From positions 70,494,001 through 70,558,000 of the forward strand of contig NC_042999.1 in assembly GCF_006345805.1 (NCBI RefSeq): DNA of 64,000 nt, written 5' to 3'. Numbering within the stretch: position 1 is the stretch's first letter; each line of letters starts with the position of its first letter. The notes below the pieces were generated by a model. That model worked only from the letters and a program-made list of their open reading frames with translations. It searched no databases and was not told the DNA's origin. Positions 1 through 12,609 of the stretch are shown here, piece after piece. The position numbers and the translations under genes were made by a program. The stretch is from Octopus sinensis. Taxonomy: Eukaryota.

Positions 1-366
1 CACCATCCGAGTGTGATCGTTGCCAGAGCAGCTAACTGGCTTCCATGCCGGTGGCACATAAAAGGGTACCATTTGAGCGTGATCATTACCAACATCACCT
101 TACTGGCACCTGTGCTGGTGGCATGTGTAAAAAGATTCGAGCGAGGTCATTGCCAGTACCGCATTACTGGACCCCGTGCCGGTGGCACGTAAAAAGCACC
201 CACTACACTCTCGGAGTTGTTGGCATTAGGAAGGGCATCCAGCTGTAGAAACTCTGCCAGATCAAGATTGGAGCCTGGTGCAGCCATCTGGTTCGCCAGC
301 CCTCAGTTAAAATCGTCCAACCCATGCTAGCATGGAAAGTGGACGTTAAATGATGATGATGATGAT
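1..366 (+). mobile_element. 3' UTR of RTE-clade LINE (or RTE-derived SINE) with (GAT)n tail
   Basis: Contains GTTGGCATTAGGAAGGGCATCCAGCTGTAGAAAC...CCAACCCATGCTAGCATGGAAAGTGGACGTTAAATGATGATGAT, the same 3' end that terminates the RTE ORFs at 43379-44946 and 54554-56829. Other copies at ~6061-6188, 15199-15406, 17915-18088, 34331-34392(-), 36340-36648, 62755-62952. Confidence 0.85.
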
Positions 367-957
367 ATATACATATATATATGTAAATACATACATATAT
401 ATATATATGTGTATATACATATATATATATGTATGTATATACATACACACACACACACACACATACATATATATATATGTTGTGTATATATGTATATATG
501 TTGTCTTCAATTTTGTTTTTTTGTGAATTCTCCCTTTACAAACATATATGTTTGTATGTATTTATGTATGTATCCATCCATCCATCCATCTGGAGCTCCC
601 GATCCAGATAAATCCATGTGAGTTAAGTTCATATCATCAGTATGGAAAATTGAAATGTGTGTGCATAATTCACTATTTCTGAACCAGAATATTTCCTCAT
701 ATGTAATGGTTTCGTGGAGTTGCTGTTGTTAACCAAACATACTGATTAGTGAGTCTAAAATGAAGTGATATGCTGCTTGATGCATTTATTATGTGAACCA
801 GGTTATACAAAACAAGCAGTTCACTTCACTGAGCATTTTCATTTGTGCCATTCTGATAAAAAAAATAAATAATAAATAAAGCAAGTGAAAACAAGATTTT
901 AGTGATATTAAGTTAATTATTCTAATGATTTGCATACATATGTATGTGTGTGTGTGT

Positions 958-992
<35 letters not shown>

Positions 993-1044
993 CATATACA
1001 TACACACACACACACTCACACATATGTGTATATGTGTGTGTGTG

Positions 1045-1076
<32 letters not shown>

Positions 1077-2760
1077 TATACAGAAGATCACGAAGATATG
1101 CTTTAATATAGATGTACAACACTGGTTTATGCAAGTACATGCATGCAATCACATGTGTGCACACACACATGTACACACAGCAATGTTTCGTTTCTTCATG
1201 TCAGCATATAAATTAGCAATTTGGTAAATATAATTCAATGAAACAACAAAACAAATAGAGGACTGAAATTAGTAGGAGATGGTGGCATTAATGTGATAGA
1301 CTAAAACCTTTGATGGCAAATGCCCCCACCCCCCACCCCCAACAGCATGGTCACAGTCCAATGACTGCAACCAGTGAGAATAAAACAAAAGCATAAAAGT
1401 GCAACTTCCTCCTAACACCCATTGAAAGTTGATCTCCTTTTAATATCATATTCTGTTTAACTATACAACTTTTTAACAGTCTTTTATACTTCTGTTTACT
1501 TTTATTCAAAACCTCACATTTAACCTTACATTTTGTTTCACATGACTTATAATACTATTTCAGTCTGTTCTATTCCAGCCATCTTAGTTCCACTGCTTAT
1601 TTTCAAGTCTGCCTGCCTCAATGAAGAAAGCTATTCTTTCTTGTTTGAAGTGGTATGCTGGTTGCATTCATTACTCAAATTGGGTTATAAAAAACATGCA
1701 GTTCACTAGGTCTTTTCATTTGCCATACTTATAAATAAAGATAAGATAAAATTAGGTTTTAATGATATTAACCTACATCAGAACTTGCCACTGTTTTCTA
1801 TATTCCAATCCATCTTTCACTCCATCTTTTCTAGTTATCTATCTGTCTTTTTTTTAATTCCTACTTTTATCTTTCCATTTTTCTATCAGCTTTGCATTTT
1901 TGCATTTTGCTTTTTTTATATCTTCTTAAATTGAAGAATTTAGACATGCATCAGTCTGAAGCAGCAGGGTGCTAGGTTACCAACTGAAGGACTTATTGTT
2001 GTGTTGATGTGCTACATTAAATGCCAAAACTCTTATATTTTCAGAAATTTACTCTGCCTGACTGTAAACAGAGGAGGAAGAGCAGTACCCATGAGTCCTT
2101 TCTAGGTCTCTGGGTGGAAGGAAGGGAGACTTGGCTCCAATGCTTATAACATCGAAATCTACTAATGGCAATCAATGGCCAGGTGATGGTGATAAACAAG
2201 GTGATGGATTAAATCAAATTCCCAAGAGCAAAAACTATCCTTTCAACAGGTTTCCACACAATTTCCATCAAACAAATTTCACCCACAAGACTTTGCTTGA
2301 CCTGTATCACTGGCAGAAGACGACACACAGTGGGATTGAATGCAAAACTGCATAGTTGAAAAGTGAACTTCTTAATCACATCATCAACTTTGATTAATTT
2401 AAATGTTCTGAATTAATGACAGTAGGAAAAGTTCAGAAACAGTTTATCAGATATTAATTAACAGACATATAAGTAAAATGGCCATGTTGTTAAAGTAGTT
2501 ACAAGACACTTCATGAGATTTGAGTTTAAACATCTAAGAATAAGAATATTTAGGTCAGGGATAGTTAAGCTATGGCACAAAGGAATATTTTATTGTTGTA
2601 TGAGAAATACATATCCTTTGTTAGTGATTTTGTATGAGTTTAAACTGCAACCTTTAATTTATCACACTGTCACTTAAGGACTGGATGAATGAGGTATGGG
2701 TTCTATGGTACTTAACTTCAAAACAATAATAAGTCTGAAAAAAAGAAAGAAAAATATTTG

Positions 2761-3793
2761 AAACTTGCTGAGAGCCACTGAAACCTGCTGAGAGCCACTT
2801 TAACCTGCTGAGATCCACTGAACCTGCTGAGAGTCACTGACCAGATCTGTGGTTGGTGCAAAGTCCCCTCCCAACCCCAAATAACATGGTGGTGGAACAA
2901 TGCTGTTGACAGGGCTATTAGAGAAAAGAGACAGGCTTGGAAGGACTGGAAGAATGGTGGTAGCAGGGAATTGTATCAGACTACCAAAAGAGAAGCTAGA
3001 AGACAGGTTTATTTAGCCAGAAGGGAAGCAGATAAGAAAAAATTTGCCAATGTTCTGCGCCATGAGGACCAAAGACTTGAGGTATTCCGTGTTGCAAGAC
3101 AGTGTGAGAGAGAATCGTGATGTGGTAGGAGAGAAATGTGTTCGCATGGATGATGGTTCTTTTGCGCTGAATGAGGATGCAAAGAGAGAGGTTTGGAGAC
3201 ACCATTATGAAAGGCTGCTAAATAAGGAAAATGAATGGGATAAAGAGAGTTTACCGAATGCTGACCCAACAGAGGGACCAGCTATCCGAGTTGACAGTTC
3301 CTTAGTAGTTAAGGCAATTAGAAGCATAAAGACAGGGAAAGCCCCAGGCCCATCAGGAATTACTGCAGAGATGCTTAAAATATCTGGTAGTGTCAGCTAT
3401 AGCTTAGTCACCCGTATAGTTAACCAGGTGATACACGAAGGAGTCATACCCAATGACTGGTGTAGCAGCATAATAGTCAACTGCTACAAAGGTAAAGGTG
3501 ACGCTTTAGATACAAATAATTACAGAAGTATCAAACTGTTGGATCAGGTAATGAAGGTTACGGAGAGGGTCATAGCCCAACTGATTAGGGAGAGAGTCAG
3601 CTTGGATGAGATGCAGTTTGGTTTCGTGCCAGGGAAAAGCACCACTGATGCCATATTTCTGGTGAGACAACTGCAGGAGAAATACCTAGCCAAAGATAAG
3701 CCCCTGTACCTGGCTTTCGTTGACATGGAGAGAGCTTTTGACAGCCCCCCCCCCCGATCCCTTATCTGGTGGTCAATGAGGAAACTAGGGATA
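2761..3793 (+). mobile_element. RTE-clade LINE ORF fragment (linker plus N-terminal half of RT), truncated at both ends, one frameshift
   Basis: Frame from 2821 reads NLLRVTDQICGWCK...TWWWNNAVDRAIREKRQAWKDWKNGG..., then frameshifts near 3105 into ORF 3044-3826 with KTGKAPGPSGITAEMLK, PNDWCSSIIVNCYKGKGDA, QFGFVPGKSTTDAIFLVRQLQEKY, LAFVDMERAFD. Homology stops at MRKLGI (3793). Confidence 0.95.
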
Positions 3794-5150
3794 ATAAATT
3801 TAAAAGATGAGAACTGTAAAGAATGATAAATTTGAACTGGCATTCTTTGCTGCAATATTTTAAGTAAAAAGTTTCTTATTCTTTACTTTACTTGAAGTAA
3901 TAGTTTGTCCTTTATTTTTCATTGTTTATAATCTTAAGAATATTACTTTTCATGCTTGCATTTTTCCATGTAATTACTTTTGTGCCCTAAGTTTATTGAT
4001 ATTGTCTGTAATTGACATTATATCATCAAAGAATTGACCCTGTAATTAGTTAAATCTGTTATTTGGTTGTATTGCTTTCAAGGACATTGGTAGACAGGGT
4101 ACCCTGATCCAGTATTTCCTCATTTTTATAGTATCTTTGTAAGGAAATGTATTAAAATAGTATCTTTGTAAGGAAATGTATTTACAAAATAAAGTATTTT
4201 TATCATATTTTATTTACTTTTTTTTAGGCTTACAAAGATGTAGTTCAGATACTTAATAATCTTTTGAATTTTTTGAGATTACAAAGAGAAATACTTAAAA
4301 ATTGAAAGCAATTGATAATATTATTTAGACAATTATTATAAATGATGTGGTATGTGTTTTGCTCCAGAAAGCCATAACCAGATACATAAACTAAAAGCAA
4401 GTTTATTGCCACTTGGCAATAATTTCAAAGCTAAAGCCTAAACCCCTTAATGGTTTGTGAGGGAGATGCTTGTCTTTGATGTTGCTGCCTCAAATCATCA
4501 GGTCAGCAGACAGGTCATATTTATATTTGGATCAAGTCATCATTTCTGGAAGTAGTCGCTTGATGTTTATTTCATCTTCTATCTTCACTACAGGAGGATA
4601 CTAGAGAGGATACTACAATCTTCTGTTCACAAGAGATTACAAATGTGTTTTTATCTTCAGCTGCGACTAACTTCTAAACATTCACAAATGTAAGCGACTG
4701 AGTAATGAAGTTCTATGATTGATTAATGAGTGAACAAGTGTGTCTCTGATTGGTTGAAAAATTTGTTTGGTGGATAATGGAAGTCAACACTTTGTCAGAT
4801 AATACACTCTATAGAATCTTGTTTTAATTTTGTAAACAATTGCAGCTGCTGAGAAGATAATTTGATGCACAAAGAATAATTTATAACTTTTTTTTTTATT
4901 ATTTGTTTCAGTCATTAAACTGTGGTCATGCTGGGGCACCACCTTGAATTTTTTAGTTGAATGACTTGACCCCAGTACTTCTTTTTTTCAGCCTGGTACT
5001 TATTCTGTTGGTTGCTTTTGTTGAATTGCTAGGTTACTGAGATGCAAACACACCAACACTGGTTGTCAGGTGGTGGTAGTGGTGGTGGTGGTGGTGGTGG
5101 TGTGGTGGTGGTGATATAGGCAGAGACAGAAAGATACACACGCATAGATA

Positions 5151-5181
<31 letters not shown>

Positions 5182-5182
5182 T

Positions 5183-6053
5183 TAGGGGGTAGTGAATAAA
5201 CTGCTGTCTAAATTACGCAAAAAGAAAATAATACTGACATCTGATTTTAATAGATGTATTTACCAAAATCATTTAAAAATATCTAGAAAAACTAAAGAGT
5301 AAATTTATTCAATAAAATCGCCATTGACTTCAATCACAGCCTCCTGATGACTTTGGAATATCCTGCAACTCTTCTGGATGGTCCCCTTGTTTAAGTTGGT
5401 GAATGCTGCCATAATCCTTGCTTTCAGTTCACTTTTGGTGTTACAAGGAGTTATGTTGATCTCTCATTCAACTGTGCCCCACATGTAATAATTAAGGGGT
5501 TGCAATTTGGGGAGCTTAGATAGCCTGATGTTAGGGGTGATGTGATTGCAGAAATTGTCTGACAGCCCTGATTGGGTTCTCCTGCTTGTGTAACATGGTG
5601 CAGAGTCCTGTTGCCAGACATAGGGTCTTCCAGCAGCCACCCTCTTGACCCAGGGCAGCACTACCTCTTCCAGGCACTTGATATAGGCCTCGGTGTTGAA
5701 TCTGAGGCCATGGAGGCATAACGTCACTATAACTAATGATCACTCCAAACATCATGATGTTGACTGGATGTTTGATTTTTATCACTCTCAGTACATCTCG
5801 AATTGCCCTGTTCTCAGATTGACACCCAAACACTCTGAAATGTTCATATTGGAACTTCCAGCATGAATGCCAAGCAGTACAGCATGTCGTTTCCAAATTT
5901 CTGGCAGAGAGAATTGTGTCATGGTGCTGTTTTTCTCACAGATGGTGCCCAACTGACCCTGCTATACTGTGTAGTTGACAAAATCAAAAACAAACAATAT
6001 GTATGTGTGAAATTAAAAATATCAAATGGCAACAATTTACCCATCGCATCCTA
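5183..6053 (-). mobile_element. Internally deleted DD37D (maT-type) Tc1/mariner transposon
   Basis: ORF 5464-5727 has WQQDSAPCYTSRRTQ...NHITPNI...PLNYYMWGTVE with 37 residues between the second and third catalytic positions; imperfect TIR-like ends next to TA; its 3' end matches 40358-40589. Confidence 0.85.
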
Positions 6054-6188
6054 TATATCTGATCTAGCTGTAGAAACACTGCCTGATCAGATTGGAGCTT
6101 GGTGCAGCCTCCTGACTTGCCAGTCCCCAGTCAAACCGTCTAACTCACGCCAGCATGGAAAACAGACGTTAAACGATGATGATGATGA

Positions 6189-6243
6189 TAATATATATAT
6201 ATATATATACATACATATATATATATATATACATACATACATG

Positions 6244-6340
<97 letters not shown>

Positions 6341-6343
6341 TAT

Positions 6344-6374
<31 letters not shown>

Positions 6375-6386
6375 CATACATACATG

Positions 6387-6484
<98 letters not shown>

Positions 6485-6496
6485 CATATATATATC
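6189..6496. repeat. Imperfect (TA)n/(TACA)n microsatellite array
   Basis: Directly visible. Similar large arrays at ~24025-24312, 37545-37700, 40128-40357, 46055-46592, 53130-53526. Confidence 0.99.
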
Positions 6497-6655
6497 AAAA
6501 TAAGCAACAGGATCTCAAGTAGTGATGCAGTGTGACCGTTTCAAGGAGCTCCATTTAATTGAATAATGCAATCATTACATCAATTTAAATGCAGTGCCAT
6601 CTTCAGCTGCACAAATAAATAAACAGAATTTTAACCAGTCGGACACATTAATATA
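6497..6655 (+). repeat. Unclassified dispersed repeat
   Basis: TCAAAATAAGCAACA...CTCCATTTAATTGAA.AATGCAA..ATTACATCAATTT...ATCTTCAGCTGCA recurs at ~36765-36905. Confidence 0.7.
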
Positions 6656-6719
6656 ATTTTTCTCAGATATTTTAACAGAGCAAGAAGATGGAAGATATTG
6701 ATGTTGTCACTATTGTAGC

Positions 6720-6963
6720 TATTGTACAATGGGCAAATTGTCACCATTTTATATTTTTAATTTCACGCATGTATATTGTTTGTTTTTGATTTTATCAACT
6801 ACACAGTATAGCAGGGTCAGTTGGGCACCATCTGTGAGAAAACAGCACCATGATGCAATTCACTCTGCCTGAAATTTGGAAACAACATGCTGTACTGCTT
6901 GGCATTCATGCTCGAAGCTCCAATAGGAACATTTCAGAGTGGTTGGGTGTCAGTCTGAGGACA
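6720..6963 (+). mobile_element. 5' fragment of the same DD37D transposon family
   Basis: Reverse complement of ~5810-6050 (CAACTACACAGTATAGCAGGGTCAGTTGGGCACCATCTGTGAGAAAA); translates M(M)[19 protein letters not shown]. Confidence 0.85.
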
Positions 6964-6984
6964 GTGCAATCTGAGGAGATGTAC

Positions 6985-7024
<40 letters not shown>

Positions 7025-7530
7025 TGTGTGTGTGCATATATGACAGGCTGCTTTCTGTTTCGGTTTACCAGATCTACTCACAAGGCCTGAGGCTATAGTA
7101 GAAAACATTTGCCCAATGTGCCATGCAGTAGAACTGAACCTGGAAGCATGTGGTTGTGAAGCAAGCTTCTAACCACACAGCCACATTCCTTTGTAAATTC
7201 TATAGCCTTTTACAGTAAACATGCCTTAATTTCTCTTCAAATATCTGTATGTTGTTCTGTGTATTATTATAGCCAGGCCTGCCTTATATCAGGTAATTAT
7301 AAAGTTTATGTACTATATAAAAATTATGAACTACTCATGGCCTGAAACTCTCTGTGGGTCAGTTATTCATCAATTATAGGTGATAATTATGTGTTGCAAA
7401 TTGCCACTTGAAAACTATGTAAGCGAGTATGTGCAATTACAATAAATTAACTCATTGTAGTGAATTATGGGTGGAATGTTACAGTAAGTGAGACATTTTA
7501 AAATTGTATTTACCTATTTAGCTTCTTCAG

Positions 7531-7620
7531 GATGTCAGCTCAACCAGCCATCATCAACAAAAACATTCAAATAAAAGCAGCAGCAGAAGAGCTTTACAAG
7601 AAATATGGTGTGAAAATTTA
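7531..7620 (+). other. Candidate exon (90 nt, phase 0-0), unassigned
   Basis: Acceptor GCTTCTTCAG, donor TTA/GTATGA, open frame DVSSTSHHQQKHSNKSSSRRALQEIWCENL; no recognisable homology. Confidence 0.2.
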
Positions 7621-9386
7621 GTATGATTAAAAATGCGATAAAAAGCATATACAGTAATGTGCAGATGTGCAGGACTTCCTCTTTAAAGCAACATTACAAA
7701 ACTGATTCAAGATGAGTTGAACAAAGCACTGAAAGCTAATTAAACTCAACAAGGGACAACATGGTTACTAGGACCTGCTAGAAATAACCACCAAATTGCT
7801 TTCAAATTCATACCTATTTCTTTACTACCCACGAGGGGCTAAACACAGAGAGGACAAACAAGGACAGACAAAGGGATTAAGTCGATTATATCGACCCCAG
7901 TGTGTAACTGGTACTTATTTAATTGACTCCGAAAGGATGAAAGGCAAAGTCAACCTACCCTACCGTCTTGCACCAAACAAGGAGCCTTTATATGGTCACT
8001 TGATCTATTAGAAATCAGAACTAAATCCCCTTCAAATTACACCCCACTACCCTGAACCAATGAGAGAGAGACTTTACATCAATAGTTGTCAACCTTTTGT
8101 AGCTTAGTTCCCTTTTCACTGAATGGTTTTTTTACAAATGCCCTCTTCCCCAGAGAGCATTCTATCCAATGCCCTACTCGTGTTTTAACCTTGATAAGAA
8201 GTTTTGAAAAATGTGTTTAAAATATAAGTATTGTACTTGCATAGATACATTATTTCCATGAAAAATCCCAATTCTCCAAACATCCACATTTGCCATCCCA
8301 CATTGTGAACTCACATGCTCACAGAAGGGTGCTACTGCCCATGTTAAAAATCACTGTTACTTGACTTGCTAAAAACAGCAACCACATCACACACAATATG
8401 TTAAGAAACAGATTAATACGTTTGATAATGAAGATTTACACTAAGTCTGACAAAAAAATGAGATGGCCATAACTTGAATGTTTAGATCAGTCATGGACAA
8501 CCTGAGAGCCATGGGGCTTTCTGGATGGCATGCCTAATGAATAATTTACCTTGGATTATTTTAGTAGTGTGGACCACTTAATGATAAGCTTTGTCTCATG
8601 CAGCCTGCTTCTCAAAATGGGTTGCCTATGCTTGGTTTAGACCATAATTCTGTTCAATAAGAGCACATCAAGATAGCTTGAATCAACTCTAATAATAGTT
8701 GAAGTAGCATTCTATTTCATTTCAGTGTAAGCATCTTATAAAATAAATGATTTTTCTAAAATTAAACACAAATGCAGGTTAGACAATAAAGCTCTGATGA
8801 AAAGTAGGCTCTTCTTGGTGTAGGTCTATGTTTTGTTTAAGAAAAGGGATATACTCGAAGTGGATTTGGCAGCTATATTGACCAAGTAGTGAGACAACAT
8901 AAAAGCTTGAATCAACAAGGGAACCTCTATGTGGTTCCTTAACCTGCTAGAAATAATTGCCAAATCTTTCTCAGATCATACCCAAATATCTCATAAAAGA
9001 ACACATTGGACAATGCAATCCTAGGCACATTACATCTTCTACAAATGAGGATGGTCTCGAATGGAATGTCTATGAGCAAAGGTTTTCTGAATCAGGGGTG
9101 ACCTGGCAGAGACAATAACAATAAAAAGAGCTAAACAAAAGTACTGCTGCTCCTAGCTCACATTTGACTGGCAGCCAAATTCAAGAAGTTACAGTCAATG
9201 GGAGTGGGAGAAAATCAATAGATCAACATATTGTACAATGTAGTAACATAATTTATTTACAAAAGAATGTGTAATGGGGAAAATAGAAGTTCTTATCCAT
9301 AATGACTATTTTAACCTGTCCTGCATAAAGAAAGAATGAGACATTTATTTATATGTATGTATGTGTGGATGTATGGATGAATGAGC

Positions 9387-9427
<41 letters not shown>

Positions 9428-10659
9428 TGTACGTGCACACACACACACATGGCTAATAGATACATGTGGTCCACAATGCAAGTTACAACTCATTCAAAAA
9501 TTATGTATTTTTCTCTGAAAGTGCTCAGTAAGAAATTAAAATTTAATTAGATCTAAGACAATAATATCTATCAAAAGGAAATAGAATGGAGAGAAAGAAT
9601 CTCAAATATATCATACACATGCACGTGCGTGCTCACACACACATACGTATTTACATGGTGGGCTGCATAGTTTCTCTATTGGTTTTGGATGGCAGGATGG
9701 CAAAAAATCAGTATGTCAAACAAAAATATTCACCATATCAAATTGTTTCAATTACCTCCCTTCACTACTATTTTTAATTTTTCTTTTCTCCTCTCAAGTG
9801 AATAAAAATAAGAACTACACAAAGAACTGGGAGCAACACAATCAAAGTTCTTGCTGGCAATGCTCCAACATTGCTGCAATCGAATGATTAAAACAAATAA
9901 AATATTAAAAGGATATATACATATATAATTATGTGTGTATAAGTGTGTGTGTTGTAAGTCCATCTGTCACCTATTACCTTCAAATCACATACAACCAAAT
10001 GGTGCTGTATAGCATGTACATCTTGTCTCAGTTACAGACCATCAGTTGACATGAAGCCATCCTCTGTATATTTAACATGCATATTATTTCCTTTCCAGCA
10101 GTGTGTATTACAAATTGATTAACCCTCTTTTCAATTACTTCTTCCAACACTGTCTCTCCTCCAATACTCCCTCTCTTAACCCCCTCACACCCAATCACTC
10201 AGTGTCTCACAACATACTCTCAGTCCCTTCATCCACTCACTTTTGTTCTTCTGTCATTGCTCTCACCCTTTTGATTACATTACCTTGAATGAACAGAGAC
10301 ATTGTAGAATTGTAAAGACTCATTAGTTTTGTAGGGCTCGACACAACCTCATTGTGTAAAATGCATGTCTTAAGAAGGGCATCCAACTGGAAAAAAAAAA
10401 ACATGTTAAAAATGGAATGAAAAAGTGTGATGTGGTCCTCTTACTGTTTTGTTGGATAGCAACTTTGAATAAGGACTAACTCAGACACCTTGACAGTTCA
10501 TCTACAACTCACACCAGTACAGAAAGTGTGACAACAGCAGCAATGGCAGTGGTTGTAATAGTAAAAATGGTGATGGTAATGGCAACAACATCAACAGCAG
10601 TGGTGGTGTCATTGATGATGATGATGATGATGATGATCTCCATTAGCAAGCCCAAAATT

Positions 10660-11190
10660 CCTTTTGCTTTTTCCATTCATCAAACTATATCTTGTACCCA
10701 TATGAGATCACTTGAAATCCTTTCTACTCTTTTCAATATATCCAATCATGTCCCCTACTACTACCAAAATTTCCTTGTCATTCATGTTTTCAATCAGCTT
10801 CTCTACTATATACAAAAACTTATCCTTCCCTTCAACACTTCAACTTCCCTTTCACCAAGATCTTTCCAATCATCCTTTTCACCAGCATCAACCATTCACT
10901 CATATTAGTAAAACTTACTACATTGTCTACAAACCCTACCAAAATCAATACACAAAAATGATGCATATCTTCAAACACCTTGTCACACAAACTTGTATTT
11001 CTGTCCCTACCTTCAGCCCACCATTCCTTTCCATCCCATCTTCCTCTTCCTTTCACACCTCTTCCTTTCCATCCCATCACCTGTGCACAACATATGTCCA
11101 CTCTTCCTCTGATCAATGCTTCTACCATTTCCTCTGATCTCCCTATCAATTTCCTCATATTCCTTAATGGACATCAGGCATTTGGTTACC
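10660..11190 (-). mobile_element. Degenerate RTE apurinic-endonuclease (APE) domain fragment
   Basis: ORF 10832-11158 reads GRSEEMVEALIRGRVDICCAQVMGWKG, matching the RTE endonuclease N-terminal pattern (E.L.RRRVDICC.QE.RW.G); the rest is decayed. Confidence 0.7.
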
Positions 11191-11704
11191 ATAAATGGGC
11201 TGAATTACTCTCTTGCTTTCAATCAGATTCCCCATCTATAGTTCTAATGGGAGGTGACAAGGACCCTAACAAGATTCTTTGGGTGATACCTCAGCCATGT
11301 ATAATCATACTCCATGACAAAGTCTATCATTATATGTGCCTTCTTGAGGCACTGTTTTATGGCTGAATGCTACAAATCTAAGGTCCAGAGGGCTCAAGGG
11401 CTCTTTTGTTTGAAGAGATAACAATCTTTTTAGAGCTGGTACTAAGATAACATAGACCTAGTACCCTCTATAAAGTGATTAATAATTGGAAGGTGATCCA
11501 GTCACAGAAACAATATCAAAAATGGCGTATACAATTGAAACATATGCTCTGAACCATCTAGTGGGGGCAGTAACTCCAAATATGAACTGAAGCAGACTGC
11601 ACATGTAAAGCAGATGTAAATGATGAATAATGATAATGATGATATATAGTCACATGCATACACGCGCACATGCAAACACACACACACACACGTGTGTATA
11701 TATA

Positions 11705-12609
11705 TAGGGTTATCCCATAAATAATGCAGTTTTTTCAGTTGCATGAACTAAAAGTCAGAGGGAGACGGTATAAACTACCTGCATCAACTTGTTATAAAAG
11801 CAGTTAGTAATTTTATCTTACACTTATTCTTAGTGCAAGTTTTGAAGAGTGCAGTTCAGTTTTAACAGTTATGTTTTCAAAACTATGATGGAAGTGACAA
11901 AAGAGCATATTCGCCATATATAGTTTTAGGAGTTCAATAAAGGCAACAATGCAATGGAAAATGCGAAGAATATTAATGCAGTATATGGGGATCAGACAGT
12001 AAGCATAATCCAGTGTCAGCGATGGTTCCAGAGCAAGAAACTACAGCCTAGAATATGAGCCATGTCTTGGAAGATGTGTAGAGCTCGATGAGGATGTCCT
12101 GCAAACCCTGGTGGAACAAAATCCCATCATAACTATTGAGGAACTAGCAGAGAAGCTTGGATTTGGTCATTCAACTAGTCATTTAAGTCAGCACTAGAAG
12201 AAAAACGACAATCTTTGGTTTCAAGAGGGAGGGTGTTCTTCCATCAGGATAATGCTCAGCTACATACAGCGAGGATGACATTCCAGAGGCTGGAGCAGTT
12301 TAAATGGGAAACGATGACCCACCCACCATATTCGCTGGACATTACTTCATCTGATTATTATTTATTTTGCAGTCCTTTTGGACTGAAAAAATATGAATTT
12401 GTAAATGAGGTCAGAACAGTACTGGAGGAGTATTTTTCGTTATGGACAAGTGAATTTTGGAAGAGGGGCCTTGAAAGTCTACCAGATAGATGGAAGAGCA
12501 TTGTAGAAAATGAAGGAGAGCATATTTTAGATTAAAAAAGATCTTTGTTTATCTTAATTTTGGAAAATAAAATAAGTATAAAAAGCACTTTATTTATAGG
12601 ATGACCCAA
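11705..12609 (+). mobile_element. Internally deleted mariner (DD34D) transposon with TIRs and TA flanks
   Basis: Left end TAGGGTTATCCCATAAATAATGCAG and right end reverse complement TTGGGTCATCCTATAAATAAAGTGC; N-terminus MEVTKEHIRH...EFNKGNNA; C-terminus HQDNAQLH...HPPYSLDITSSDYYLF with 34-residue spacing; deletion near 12188. Confidence 0.92.

Noticed and set aside
2761-2840. Regular short repeats as a possible CRISPR array (also the 47-bp units at 38300-38660)
   Set aside because: Units are directly tandem with no unique spacers, are parts of LINE sequence, and there are no cas genes in this eukaryotic context.
7532-7621. Short ORF MSAQPAIINKNIQIKAAAEELYKKYGVKI
   Set aside because: Only 29 aa, no recognised family; may be a decayed LINE remnant or an alternative frame of the candidate exon.
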